DNA from: a virus
Lineage: Duplodnaviria; Caudoviricetes
IMG/VR virus record: IMGVR_UViG_3300048893_000063
Coordinates: 1-41,497 of that record
DNA: 41,497 bases
Reading direction: 5' to 3' (one strand)
Part shown: in pieces, positions 28,091-36,375 of the stretch
How positions within the stretch are numbered: the first letter of the stretch is position 1
Layout: the number at the start of each line of letters is the position of its first letter
The notes under the pieces: generated by a model
What the model was told of the DNA's origin: nothing
Database searches by the model: none
Seen by the model: only the letters and a program-made list of their open reading frames with translations
Program-made: the position numbers and the translations under genes

Positions 28091-28510
28091 ATGCTTCAAA
28101 GATTGCTGTTCGCGTCTGTCGTCGCCGGCGCGCTCGCGCTCGGCGGCTGCGGCAAAACGATCACGCTGGCGGTGCCGGATGCGCCTGGCATTCCGGTGTC
28201 GCCGCTGGTGCCGGCCGATAATCCGTTTGTGCCGGCGCCGGCGCCGGCGCCGGTGCAGGTCACCGACCAGGTCAAGGACGTGATCGCGCAGGTGCAGAAT
28301 GATCTGAAGGTCGGCTGCGGCTGGGTCGTGAAGACGCAGTCGCTTCTGAATATCGTGTCCAGCTTCGGCGTGCCTTACGCCGGCATGGCCTCGGAGATCG
28401 GCGGCCTGGTGTGCGATGCCTTGACGAAGTCGAGCGCGCGTCGTGGCGGCGGCCGGCCGAGCGTCGTCGTCAAGGGCAAGCGCATCACGATCGACGCGAA
28501 GCGCGCCTGA
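28091..28510 (+). CDS. Lipoprotein (possible spanin-like lysis accessory)
   Basis: Lipobox LGG-C after hydrophobic core; Pro-rich linker; two further Cys. Confidence 0.7.
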   Translation: MLQRLLFASVVAGALALGGCGKTITLAVPDAPGIPVSPLVPADNPFVPAPAPAPVQVTDQVKDVIAQVQNDLKVGCGWVVKTQSLLNIVSSFGVPYAGMASEIGGLVCDALTKSSARRGGGRPSVVVKGKRITIDAKRA

Positions 28511-28573
28511 TCATGGCAGGGCGCCGGCGGGCTGAAGACCAGCGCGCCGGCGCCGACCAGGCGAGGATGCGGC

Positions 28574-29059
28574 ATGGCTGGTGACGACGAAATACCGCGC
28601 GACGAGCTGCCGAGGACGCCGCCGGCGCCGCTCGGTGTGCAGGCCGAGGCGCGGCTCGCCGGGCCGATCGAGAATTTTCAGATCATGGAAGTGTTGCTCG
28701 ATCTGCAGGGACAAGTGTCCCGCGTCGAGGGGGCACAGATCGTACTGTCCGGTCAGAACGCCGATCTGCGGCGTGACATGCGCGACGCTTCAGACAGCCG
28801 CAGTGAGCTGCACAAGCGCGTGAATTCGATGGCGCTGGAAGTCGCCGCAGCTCACGGCGAAGCGCGCTCGGCGGCCGAGAAGGCGCAGCAGGCGGTTACC
28901 AAGCTGGAGCTGGTCACGCCCGACGTCGCCGACTTCGTGCGCCTGCGTCGCGCCGGCCTCTGGGTCATGGGCGGCCTCGGCACCTTGATCGTGATCGCGA
29001 TCGGCACGATGGCGAAAGAAACCTGGAATTTTGTCGCCGGCCATCTGCACTGGCGTTAG
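28574..29059 (+). CDS. Coiled-coil protein with C-terminal transmembrane helix (lysis-associated)
   Basis: Heptad-like middle, GLWVMGGLGTLIVIAIG tail; GAGGA RBS. Confidence 0.7.
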   Translation: MAGDDEIPRDELPRTPPAPLGVQAEARLAGPIENFQIMEVLLDLQGQVSRVEGAQIVLSGQNADLRRDMRDASDSRSELHKRVNSMALEVAAAHGEARSAAEKAQQAVTKLELVTPDVADFVRLRRAGLWVMGGLGTLIVIAIGTMAKETWNFVAGHLHWR

Positions 29060-29090
29060 CGGTCCCTGGGGCTGCGGGCTCGTCTACCAG

Positions 29091-29119
29091 GCCGCCGGTT
29101 ATATCGCCGGCGGCTTTTT
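29091..29119 (+). terminator. Late operon intrinsic terminator
   Basis: GCCGCCGG-N8-CCGGCGGC-TTTTT. Confidence 0.85.
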
Positions 29120-29154
29120 CGTCGGTGCGACCAGGAACGCAACGTGATCGGCCT

Positions 29155-29390
29155 GGTGCTGATTTGGTGCGTATTGTTCCGACATTCGGCTGCATCGTTC
29201 TGCATCCGTTTGCGCGGCGCGATCGCGGCGGGATTGCTAAAACGCTCGATTTTATCAGGTTTTTCTGGTGCTGCCGGCAAGGATTGAACTTGCGACCTCT
29301 CCATTACCAATGGGGCCGGCAGCCAGCCCTAGCGCTCTGATCCGCCAGCCGTTTCCGGCTTCGCCGATCCGCCCGGTGCTGATTTGGTGC
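29155..29390. repeat. 16-bp direct repeat flanking att core (putative integrase arm sites)
   Basis: GGTGCTGATTTGGTGC at 29155-29170 and 29375-29390. Confidence 0.75.
29266..29313 (-). other. attP core: 3' half of tRNA-Thr(GGT)
   Basis: Reverse complement CCA-TTGGTAA-TGGAGAGGTC-GCAAG-TTCAATC-CTTGC-CGGCAGC-ACCA: anticodon loop, T arm, acceptor 3' strand and CCA; no D arm or 5' half. Confidence 0.92.
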
Positions 29391-29589
29391 CAGGCTCGCG
29401 CAGCCTGCGCAGCTCGACGAGCAGCAGCTGCTGTGCCGTCAGATCGGTGACGTGCCGTAGCTCGCGCAGCTGGCCGGTGACGTGCTGCAGCTCGTCGTCA
29501 GCCGGCGCCGGCCATAGATGGTCGCAGATCGCCGCGGCAATCACGATGATGCTCGGCGTCGCCAGCGGAAGCCATTCCAAGATCGTCAT
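29329..29589 (-). CDS. Small membrane-anchored hypothetical protein
   Basis: MTILEWLPLATPSIIVIAAAIC N-terminal hydrophobic segment; ATGA overlap with upstream gene. Confidence 0.55.
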   Translation of the reverse strand: MTILEWLPLATPSIIVIAAAICDHLWPAPADDELQHVTGQLRELRHVTDLTAQQLLLVELRRLREPGTKSAPGGSAKPETAGGSER

Positions 29590-30089
29590 GGCGCGCGCCT
29601 CGATCGGCCGATCGCAGCGCAGGCCTGGCACGCCTGCCATTCCTCAAATGATCGATGCACCAGGCCGCAGTCGCCGCGCACCGTCGCGACGATCGAGATC
29701 GTGCCCGGCTTGGCCGCCAGCGCGTCGATCGCCTCGGTGTTGCACAGCAGGCATTGCCAGCGGCCGGCGTCGAGCACCAGCGGGGCGCCGTGCTTGGCGC
29801 AGCTGCGCTCGGCCGCGACGCCTAGCACGCCGCCGGATGCAAACGCCGGCGCCGCATCGCCGCCGAGCAGCTGCTGCATCGGCCGTTTGATCGCCTCGCT
29901 GATCAGCACGCCGGTGATCGTCTTCTCGACGTCTTCCTTCAGCCTGGCGAGCAGCGCATCGATCTGCGGCTTCACCAGCGCGACCTGATCGGGGTCGCGC
30001 TCGTCGACGTGCGCGATCAGCCGCTCGAATTCGGCAAAGGCATTGAGACGCAGTCGCATCAGTCGCGCGTGCAGCTTCGTCGTCGGCAT
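29586..30089 (-). CDS. Hypothetical protein with C/H clusters (possible Zn binding)
   Basis: AGGA RBS; CAKH...CLLC and CGLVH...CQAC. Confidence 0.6.
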   Translation of the reverse strand: MPTTKLHARLMRLRLNAFAEFERLIAHVDERDPDQVALVKPQIDALLARLKEDVEKTITGVLISEAIKRPMQQLLGGDAAPAFASGGVLGVAAERSCAKHGAPLVLDAGRWQCLLCNTEAIDALAAKPGTISIVATVRGDCGLVHRSFEEWQACQACAAIGRSRRAP

Positions 30090-30234
30090 GTTTGTGATCC
30101 TGTTTGTCATCAAGGTTTGCCAAAAGACTAGCAGAGTATTCAATCACGCTTTTACTGCGATCGACGAGCTGCGCAGGATCTGATCGGCGCCGCTCAATAC
30201 TGAAAACAACTGTATTCGCGGAAGGAGCACAAGA

Positions 30235-31266
30235 TCAGGCGCGCGCCTTCCGTTTGGCCTTGGCGATCGGCACCGGCGCCGACCAGGCGGCCAGGCTCGC
30301 CGCGATCGACGGCGCCAGGTGCGCGGTGTTTAGGTGCGCATAGCGCAGCACCATGCGCTCGCTCTTCCAGCCGCCGAGCGCCATCAACGCCGCCAGGTCG
30401 CGATTGGCCGCGTAGTGCCAGCTGGCCCATGTGTGCCGGCAGTCGTGCGGCCGGAAGTTTTTGATGTTGGCTCTGCGGCATGCTCCCATGAAGGCGGTTT
30501 TGATCTGGCCTCCACCTGGCGCCGTCTTGATCGCATAGGGCGATCCGTCGTCGGTCCTGAAAACCATGCCTTTGCGATGGCGCAGCTTCCGCAGCTCGGC
30601 GACGACGCGGCCGTGCAGCGGCACGCCGCGGCTCGATCCGTTCTTGGTGTCGACGAAAGCAACATGGCCGCGCACCAGGTCGACGTGCTGCCAATCCAAA
30701 TACAGCGCCTCCGAGACGCGGGCGCCGGTGCCGAGCAGGAAGACGATCAGCGGGTGCAGGTGCGGCGCGCAGTTGGCGATCAGCCGCTCGGCCTCGGCGA
30801 AGGTGATCCAGCGCACGCGGCCAAGCGGCAGCTTCGGCCGCTCGATCAGCTTGCGATCACACCATCCCTTTTTTGCGCCGTGATGCAGCACCGCGATGAT
30901 CGGCGCATAGCCTTGGCGCACGCGCGTCGCCGGCGCCGCATCGGGGTACAGCTCGCGCACGACCTGGTCGACGAGCTGCTGATCGATGCGGCCGAGCGGC
31001 ACGTCGCCGAGCTTCTCGCCGGGTCGCTTCAGGAAGCGCGCGTCGCCGCCGTTCTCTATGAAGCTGACGGCCGCCTGCGCGAAGGTCGCGGTCGATGCTC
31101 TTCCAAAGATACTACTTTGGATGATCTGCCATTCGCGCTGGGCGACGATCGCTTCGGCGGCGGCGCGGTTGTCAGTGCCTGTAGTTTCGCGGACCAGGAC
31201 GCCGCGGACGGTGCCGGTGATGTACCAGTGCGGCCGGCCTTTTCGTCTTTTGAGCTTGAGGGGCAT
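30235..31266 (-). CDS. int: Tyrosine recombinase (integrase)
   Basis: TGARVSEAL, TKNG..R, HDCRHTWAS, LGGW....RY (R-K-H-R-W-Y). Confidence 0.96.
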   Translation of the reverse strand: MPLKLKRRKGRPHWYITGTVRGVLVRETTGTDNRAAAEAIVAQREWQIIQSSIFGRASTATFAQAAVSFIENGGDARFLKRPGEKLGDVPLGRIDQQLVDQVVRELYPDAAPATRVRQGYAPIIAVLHHGAKKGWCDRKLIERPKLPLGRVRWITFAEAERLIANCAPHLHPLIVFLLGTGARVSEALYLDWQHVDLVRGHVAFVDTKNGSSRGVPLHGRVVAELRKLRHRKGMVFRTDDGSPYAIKTAPGGGQIKTAFMGACRRANIKNFRPHDCRHTWASWHYAANRDLAALMALGGWKSERMVLRYAHLNTAHLAPSIAASLAAWSAPVPIAKAKRKARA

Positions 31267-31439
31267 GGCAGGGCCTGATGGATGGCGCGCAGATCGTCTT
31301 CGGTGAAGAGCTTAGTCGTGCCGTGCAGCCGGTAGAAGGGGGCGTCTTTGATCGTCTCAATGAATTTCCGCCGGCTCGATCGGAACCGCTTGGCGGCTTC
31401 GTCGAGCGTATAGAGCACCAGCGGCGGCGACTTCGTCAT
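31056..31439 (-). CDS. xis: Excisionase-like HTH protein overlapping int 5' end
   Basis: YTLDEAAKRF..S, LFTEDDL winged-HTH pattern; upstream of int. Confidence 0.75.
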   Translation of the reverse strand: MTKSPPLVLYTLDEAAKRFRSSRRKFIETIKDAPFYRLHGTTKLFTEDDLRAIHQALPCPSSSKDEKAGRTGTSPAPSAASWSAKLQALTTAPPPKRSSPSANGRSSKVVSLEEHRPRPSRRRPSAS

Positions 31440-31927
31440 CGGCGCAGGGCCTCGGCCGCGGCCTTGATCGCCAGCGCCGGCGTCGCGTGGATGAAGCCGG
31501 CCGGCACCGCGATCATCAGATTGTCGGACAGCTCGAAGTTTTCGATCAGCATGCCATCGGCGTCGCGCCACTGCGGGCTGCCCATCCGATCGATCAAGGT
31601 GAAGCCGTTGTCCGACCAGGCGAACACCTGTTTGCCAAGCGCGTGCGCGAAGCCGCATTTCCATGCGGTGCCGCAATCCATGTGCGGGCCGCGGAACGGT
31701 GTCAGGTCGGCGACGACGGCGTCGCAGCTGCGGATCATTTCGACATTGCCGGCGAAGATGCGCTCGGCCTTGCGCTGCAGCGTGTCGCCGGCGATCGCGT
31801 TGTCGAGCGGCCAGAGCGCATCGAGCGACTGCATGCTGCAGAGCAGTTTGAGCTGATGTCCGATCGCCTCGGCGTTTTGGGCGAAGACCTTCGGGCCGGC
31901 GAGATAGACGCGCTTCCTGCGGATCAT
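31436..31927 (-). CDS. Nucleoside 2-deoxyribosyltransferase-like protein (catalytic Glu replaced by Lys)
   Basis: VYLAGP, N...I..CD.VVA.L.PFRG..D.GTAW.CG.A.ALGK, NLM. Confidence 0.85.
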   Translation of the reverse strand: MIRRKRVYLAGPKVFAQNAEAIGHQLKLLCSMQSLDALWPLDNAIAGDTLQRKAERIFAGNVEMIRSCDAVVADLTPFRGPHMDCGTAWKCGFAHALGKQVFAWSDNGFTLIDRMGSPQWRDADGMLIENFELSDNLMIAVPAGFIHATPALAIKAAAEALRR

Positions 31928-32646
31928 GATTTTCCCCTGGTGCTGGTGATGGCGCTCGGCGCCGCGGTTCGCTCGATCGGACGATCGAAGCGCGCTTCAT
32001 CCCCGGCCGCGGCGCCGGCGTTCCAGATGCCGGCATCCGACGAGCGGCCGGCGCGATCGCGGTGCTGGTGCAGCGCGATGCCGCGCTCGGCCAGGTGTCG
32101 CTCGATCAGCGCATTTCGCGCCAGCACCAGGCCACGGCCGGCCGCCGGCTTGGCGCGCTCGGCGAGCTGATAGAGACGCGAGCAGAGCCTGGTCGTGCAG
32201 CCGACGACGAAGGCCTCGGTGTCGCGCCGGCGGATGCGCGGCATTTCCGGTGTGCGGGTCGCTTCGAGAAAATCAGTCAGCGATCGCTTGACGAAGTCGG
32301 CCAGCGTGTCGAGCAGCCAGTGCGCGAAGATCACTTCGCTCTGCAGGCCGCAGAAGGTCAGCTGCTCGCGATGGTGCCGGGTCGACCAGGCGCGGCACTG
32401 GCAGAAGGCGCCGACCGCCATCACCAGGCTTTCGCGGATGCGATCGCGATCGTCGGCCTGGCGCTGCTCGGTGATCACCGGATCGTCGCCGAGCTGCAGA
32501 TCGACGTCGTCGACGTCGTGCTCGTCTTTCATCCGCTGCAGCATGTCGAGCGCTGCCATTGCCTCGGCCGCGGTGCAGCCGTTGGCGACGGTCCTCGCCA
32601 TCAGTGCGCGCATCTTTGCGAGCAGCTTGTCGCGTGCCGTCGTCAT
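31924..32646 (-). CDS. DUF2786/DUF7168-like protein
   Basis: K.L.K.RAL...NGCT..EA..A, F.G...E, F..G...RL, G..AG. Confidence 0.75.
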   Translation of the reverse strand: MTTARDKLLAKMRALMARTVANGCTAAEAMAALDMLQRMKDEHDVDDVDLQLGDDPVITEQRQADDRDRIRESLVMAVGAFCQCRAWSTRHHREQLTFCGLQSEVIFAHWLLDTLADFVKRSLTDFLEATRTPEMPRIRRRDTEAFVVGCTTRLCSRLYQLAERAKPAAGRGLVLARNALIERHLAERGIALHQHRDRAGRSSDAGIWNAGAAAGDEARFDRPIERTAAPSAITSTRGKS

Positions 32647-32870
32647 GGCTGCGGCCTCGGCCTGGTGCGCTCGCGCAGCGCGATCAGCTCGTCGATCAGC
32701 TCGCCGCTGATCCGCAGCTTGTAGCGATGGCCTCGGTCGGTGATGCCGCAGAGCTGATAGGGCAACGCCGGCGGGGCGCCGGCGCCGTGCGCGACGTACA
32801 CTTGGTCGAGCTGCAGCTCTTCGATCGAGCGCGGGCCGTGATGATCGAGCTGGGCGCGGTGAAGTTTCAT
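32643..32870 (-). CDS. Hypothetical protein
   Basis: ATGA-coupled in leftward operon; GGGG RBS. Confidence 0.65.
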   Translation of the reverse strand: MKLHRAQLDHHGPRSIEELQLDQVYVAHGAGAPPALPYQLCGITDRGHRYKLRISGELIDELIALRERTRPRPQP

Positions 32871-33055
32871 GCGCTTTCCCCTTTGATGCCTTCGACCTGG
32901 TAGTCGTCGGTCGAGTACCGGCGCAGATCGGCTTCGAGCGCATCCGCTTCGTCAGCCGACAGCGGCGTCGCCTTCGCCTTGTTCGGAGTCCAGAGCACGT
33001 CGCCGGCGACGCGCATCGCGTAATAGGGGCCGGGCTTTGAAACTACGAAAGGCAT
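32867..33055 (-). CDS. Hypothetical protein
   Basis: MPFVVSKPGPYY...; overlaps both neighbours. Confidence 0.55.
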   Translation of the reverse strand: MPFVVSKPGPYYAMRVAGDVLWTPNKAKATPLSADEADALEADLRRYSTDDYQVEGIKGESA

Positions 33056-33405
33056 GCCGACACCTTGGCGGCCTGATAGCCGCGCTCGATGAAGCCGGGC
33101 CAGGCTGCGCGCCAGGCCTTCGACCAGGTGCCGGCCTTCGTGATCGGCGCGACGCGATAGCGCACGGTCCACTCGTCGCGGCGCTGCAGATAGTCGGCCG
33201 ACAGCGACAGCACGATCGCCTTCACGGCGACGTCGCGCTCGAAAGACACCATGACGACGTCGCCGCGCTGGTACGGCGAGGCCTTGCGCGCGCCGCCGGC
33301 CTGGCTGTCGTCATAGTCGGGCCAGGCGCGCTCGGCGACAGCCGGCACGCCGGCGTCGCTGGCGACCAGCTGCAGCTCGACGTCGTTGCGGATGCGCCGG
33401 GTCAT
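33043..33405 (-). CDS. Hypothetical protein
   Basis: ATGA coupling, phage-like codon usage. Confidence 0.65.
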   Translation of the reverse strand: MTRRIRNDVELQLVASDAGVPAVAERAWPDYDDSQAGGARKASPYQRGDVVMVSFERDVAVKAIVLSLSADYLQRRDEWTVRYRVAPITKAGTWSKAWRAAWPGFIERGYQAAKVSACLS

Positions 33406-33506
33406 GGCAGAGCCGCGGCTGCGTGGTGCGCGGCGAGCTGCGCGACCAGGATCAGGCCGAGCATCAGGCCGGCCGTGATCGCGATCCAATCCGACCAGGT
33501 GATCAT
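33402..33506 (-). CDS. 34-aa membrane peptide
   Basis: MITWSDWIAITAGLMLGLILVAQL...; ATGA overlaps at both ends. Confidence 0.55.
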   Translation of the reverse strand: MITWSDWIAITAGLMLGLILVAQLAAHHAAAALP

Positions 33507-33808
33507 GGCGATCCATCCGCTGCGTTTTCGAGGATGACGTCGACCCATTGGCCGCCGATCTGCGTCAGCCGATAGTCGCCGCGCGCGATCGGCGACAGCA
33601 GGCCTCTGCTGACTAGCATGCATGTGTCTTCGAGCGTGGCGCCGCGGAAGCCATTAGGCGCCGCGATGCGCAGCTCGGCGATCCAGGCGCGCGCCATATC
33701 GCCGCCACGCGCTTGCAGCAGGCGCATCACCTGGCCGAGCGTCAGCGCATCGATCGCCGCGGCCGTCGCCGGCGTGATGAAGAGGCGCGGATCAGGGCGC
33801 GGCGTCAT
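33503..33808 (-). CDS. Hypothetical protein (winged-helix-like C-terminus)
   Basis: LVSRGLL......YRLT..G motif; coupled to neighbours. Confidence 0.6.
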   Translation of the reverse strand: MTPRPDPRLFITPATAAAIDALTLGQVMRLLQARGGDMARAWIAELRIAAPNGFRGATLEDTCMLVSRGLLSPIARGDYRLTQIGGQWVDVILENAADGSP

Positions 33809-34146
33809 AGCGCGACCGCCTTTTGCCGCAGCTGCGCGACCGTGATCGCGATCTCGTCGTCGGTGATCTGCCAGCGATCGCCAGGCCAGCCCGCCACGGT
33901 CGCCGACTTGAAGGCCTGATAGACGCCGAGCGCGACGTCGTCGTCGCCGAGGGCATCGGCGCAGAGCGCGAGCGCGAGCTGCGATGGGCCGCTGCCGCCG
34001 TATCCCCACGCGAAGCCAGTCGGCGAATGGTTGCGAAGGTCGAGGCGCGGATCGAGCGCGCGCGTGCCGGCGCCATCGGTCACGGTGACGACGTCGTCGC
34101 TAAGCGGATCGCCGGCGACGCTGTAATGCCCTGAATAGGTTTTCAC
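33805..34146 (-). CDS. DUF6166-like protein
   Basis: RNHSPTGFAWGYGGSGPSQLALAL; GTG start with AAGGAG RBS. Confidence 0.8.
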   Translation of the reverse strand: MKTYSGHYSVAGDPLSDDVVTVTDGAGTRALDPRLDLRNHSPTGFAWGYGGSGPSQLALALCADALGDDDVALGVYQAFKSATVAGWPGDRWQITDDEIAITVAQLRQKAVAL

Positions 34147-34415
34147 GCGGACTCCTTTTGCTGAGACTCGATCGGATGCCAGCCGATCACCTGGACGGTC
34201 AGCACGGTGCCGAGGGTGAAGTGGTGCCAGGTGCTGTCGCTGGCATCGAAGAGGCACGGAAATGGCAGGACGTACTTCGCGCCGTCGTTGAAGACGAGCA
34301 GAGCGGTGAGCTGCTGATCGGCTGGCGGCTGATCGCTGATCCAGGGCGTCTCGTCGACCGACAGCATGCGAAACGGTGCGCGCTGTTTGTGCGATCGGGT
34401 GCTGCTGCTGATCAT
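34143..34415 (-). CDS. Hypothetical protein (DUF551-like)
   Basis: WIS..PP, V.GW.P; first gene of leftward operon. Confidence 0.6.
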   Translation of the reverse strand: MISSSTRSHKQRAPFRMLSVDETPWISDQPPADQQLTALLVFNDGAKYVLPFPCLFDASDSTWHHFTLGTVLTVQVIGWHPIESQQKESA

Positions 34416-34457
34416 CGTCTAGGGCCTCTCCCGGTGCCGCGAAGCGGGGAAGGCGAA

Positions 34458-34508
34458 AACATACAGCAACGCTGAATGATCAGCAAACCGCGTTTAGAAA
34501 TGCTGTAT
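34458..34508 (-). promoter_or_regulatory. PL-like promoter with two operators
   Basis: TTGCTG-N17-TATGTT (34486..34458); operators ATACAG-CAACG-CTGAAT (34461-34477) and GTTTAG-AAATG-CTGTAT (34492-34508). Confidence 0.7.
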
Positions 34509-34625
34509 TTTGTGGGTTTTTTAACTCTCTTTCGACGCAACCGATCGCACCACAACTGAGTCGTGTAACAGTCACAGGGCTGTCAGAATGAGGGCGTCTA
34601 TGAACTAGGGAGCCGAGAAAAACCA

Positions 34626-34838
34626 ATGGACGGCAAAAAGGAAAAGGACGAGCTAGAGCTGCGACGTGAAGCGATCCAGATCGCCGCGCAGCTTCCACAT
34701 GATCCGCGCGATGCCAAGCGGGTGCTGGCTTTGGCGCGCTTTGTCGTTACCGATTTTTTCGAGAAGGCGCAGGTCGGCGGTAGCGACGTCGCTACGCTTG
34801 TTCCTTCTCCAGCTCCTGAAGGTCAGTCGCAAGTTTGA
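34626..34838 (+). CDS. Small hypothetical protein convergent with repressor
   Basis: RREAIQIAAQLP.D..DA..VL.LA amphipathic helices; 70 aa. Confidence 0.6.
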   Translation: MDGKKEKDELELRREAIQIAAQLPHDPRDAKRVLALARFVVTDFFEKAQVGGSDVATLVPSPAPEGQSQV

Positions 34839-35082
34839 ACGACAGGCCTCCGCGCTCGCCGCGGTAGATGTAATCGAGCGAGCAGCCCGTCGACGCGCAC
34901 AGCTTCAGCGCCTGGTCGATGGCGATGCGCTCGCGCGCGCGCTCGTAGTTATTCCACTGCGATGCTGAGAGGCCGACCAGGCGGGAAAATGCCGCCTGTT
35001 TCAAGCGCGTCGATTCGCGCAAAAGCCGCAGCCGTGCTGCGATCGCTGGCAGGCTGGTCGGGCTGATCGGACGCTGCGCCAT
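34792..35082 (-). CDS. CI-like XRE HTH repressor (no S24 domain)
   Basis: RLRLLRE...KQAAFS..VG.S.SQWNNYE, SLDYIY.G; divergent from Cro. Confidence 0.88.
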   Translation of the reverse strand: MAQRPISPTSLPAIAARLRLLRESTRLKQAAFSRLVGLSASQWNNYERARERIAIDQALKLCASTGCSLDYIYRGERGGLSFKLATDLQELEKEQA

Positions 35083-35136
35083 TGCGGGAAATGGTCCCGC
35101 AATTCCGATCGATGCGCCATTGAGCCTTTCCATAGA

Positions 35137-35166
35137 TTGGAAATATACAGCATTTCTGTATAAATT
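35137..35166 (+). promoter_or_regulatory. PR-like promoter with perfect palindromic operator
   Basis: TTGGAA-N16-TATAAA (or N18-TAAATT); TATACAG-CATTT-CTGTATA at 35144-35162. Confidence 0.75.
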
Positions 35167-35177
35167 CCCATCCCCAG

Positions 35178-35420
35178 ATGATTCGCATCCTTCAAACAGT
35201 CGACCAGGTGATCGACGCCTGCGGCGGCACGTTCAAATGCGCCGAGCTGACCGGGCGCACGCCGGCGGCCGTTTCCAACTGGCGGGCCGAAAAGGAAATG
35301 GCGCCGAAGACGATCCTGATCATCCGCAAGCACCTGGCCGAGCAGCAGCTCGCGGCGCCGTCGAAGCTGTGGGGCATTCCCGATCCTGACGACAAGCCGG
35401 CCAAGCGGGTGCGGCGGTGA
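35178..35420 (+). CDS. Cro-like regulator
   Basis: VIDA.GG....A.LTG....AVSNWR...P. Confidence 0.85.
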   Translation: MIRILQTVDQVIDACGGTFKCAELTGRTPAAVSNWRAEKEMAPKTILIIRKHLAEQQLAAPSKLWGIPDPDDKPAKRVRR

Positions 35421-35728
35421 TGCGCCGCCGATCGCCGAAGCCGCTGCGCTGTCGCGAGCTGATCGACGCGCGGCCGATCGAGCCGCTGCGCGCGCGCATC
35501 GTGATCGAGGCGCCGGCGCTTATGAGCGCGGCGCTGCCCCGCGCTGCTGCGTTCGCGCTCGCGCTGTTCGCACTGGCGTGCGCCAGCGGGGCGCTGCGCC
35601 ACGCGATCGCGCAGATCGATTTCAACTTCACGTCGTCTCTGCATCCGACGCAAAGCCGGCCTGGCGTGTCAGCCGCGAATCCACACCAGGCCGGAAACAT
35701 CACCTTCGCGCGGGAGCCTGACGAATGA
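35420..35728 (+). CDS. Hypothetical protein
   Basis: Fills gap with coupled stop/start at both ends; hydrophobic centre. Confidence 0.4.
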   Translation: MRRRSPKPLRCRELIDARPIEPLRARIVIEAPALMSAALPRAAAFALALFALACASGALRHAIAQIDFNFTSSLHPTQSRPGVSAANPHQAGNITFAREPDE

Positions 35729-36375
35729 GTGCCGACACGATCCTGACGCTCGCCAGCGGGCGGGGCATCGATCTGCTGGAGCCGACAGCGGCCGACGTCG
35801 ACTTCGAGGCCTACGCCGAGCAGCTCGCGAAAGAGCCGCGTTACAACGGCGCGACGCCCGGCGTGATCCTGTCGGTCGCGCAGCACGCCTGCATGTGCGC
35901 CGACGCGGCGCTCGACGAGACGGGCGATCACACTCTCGCCGCCTATCTCCTGCTGCACGATCACCATGAAGCCGTGATGAAGGATGACACGACGCCGAAA
36001 AAGCGCGCGATCGCCGCGATCGCTGAGCAGCGCTTCGGCGTGCTGGCGGTGAACATCATGGAGGTTTTCGCTGTGCTGACCTGTCGGCACGACGCGGTGA
36101 TCCATGAAGCCGCGGGCCTGCCGTGGCCTGTGCCGTCGAGACTGCAGTCGCTGGTGAAGCGCTACGATCTGCGCGCGTTCGTGACCGAATGGCATGATCT
36201 GATGCCATGCGCCGAGCATCCAAACTGGAAACCCTATGAAGGGGTGCCGCAGCTCGGCTGCAGCGTGCCGCTGACGATCTGGGATTGGCGTCGAGCCAAG
36301 TCGGAATTGCTGCGGCGCTGTGACGAGCTGCTGCCGGCGCTGGTGCGGAAGGCGCGCAATGGGCGCGCGCCATGA
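35725..36375 (+). CDS. HD-domain phosphohydrolase (YfbR-like)
   Basis: LA...RYNG, SVAQH, LLHD.HEA...D..TP.K. Confidence 0.88.
   Translation: MSADTILTLASGRGIDLLEPTAADVDFEAYAEQLAKEPRYNGATPGVILSVAQHACMCADAALDETGDHTLAAYLLLHDHHEAVMKDDTTPKKRAIAAIAEQRFGVLAVNIMEVFAVLTCRHDAVIHEAAGLPWPVPSRLQSLVKRYDLRAFVTEWHDLMPCAEHPNWKPYEGVPQLGCSVPLTIWDWRRAKSELLRRCDELLPALVRKARNGRAP

Noticed and set aside
29135-29211. Alphaproteobacterial LexA-like boxes (GAAC-N7-GATC; GTTC-N7-GTTT)
   Set aside because: Imperfect matches, not upstream of any gene; may be chance or att accessory sites
29266-29313. Functional tRNA gene
   Set aside because: D arm and 5' acceptor strand are absent
35725-36375. HD hydrolase as DatZ of a Z-genome system
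   Set aside because: No purZ, mazZ or phage DNA polymerase in the window; YfbR-like HD genes are common in temperate phages
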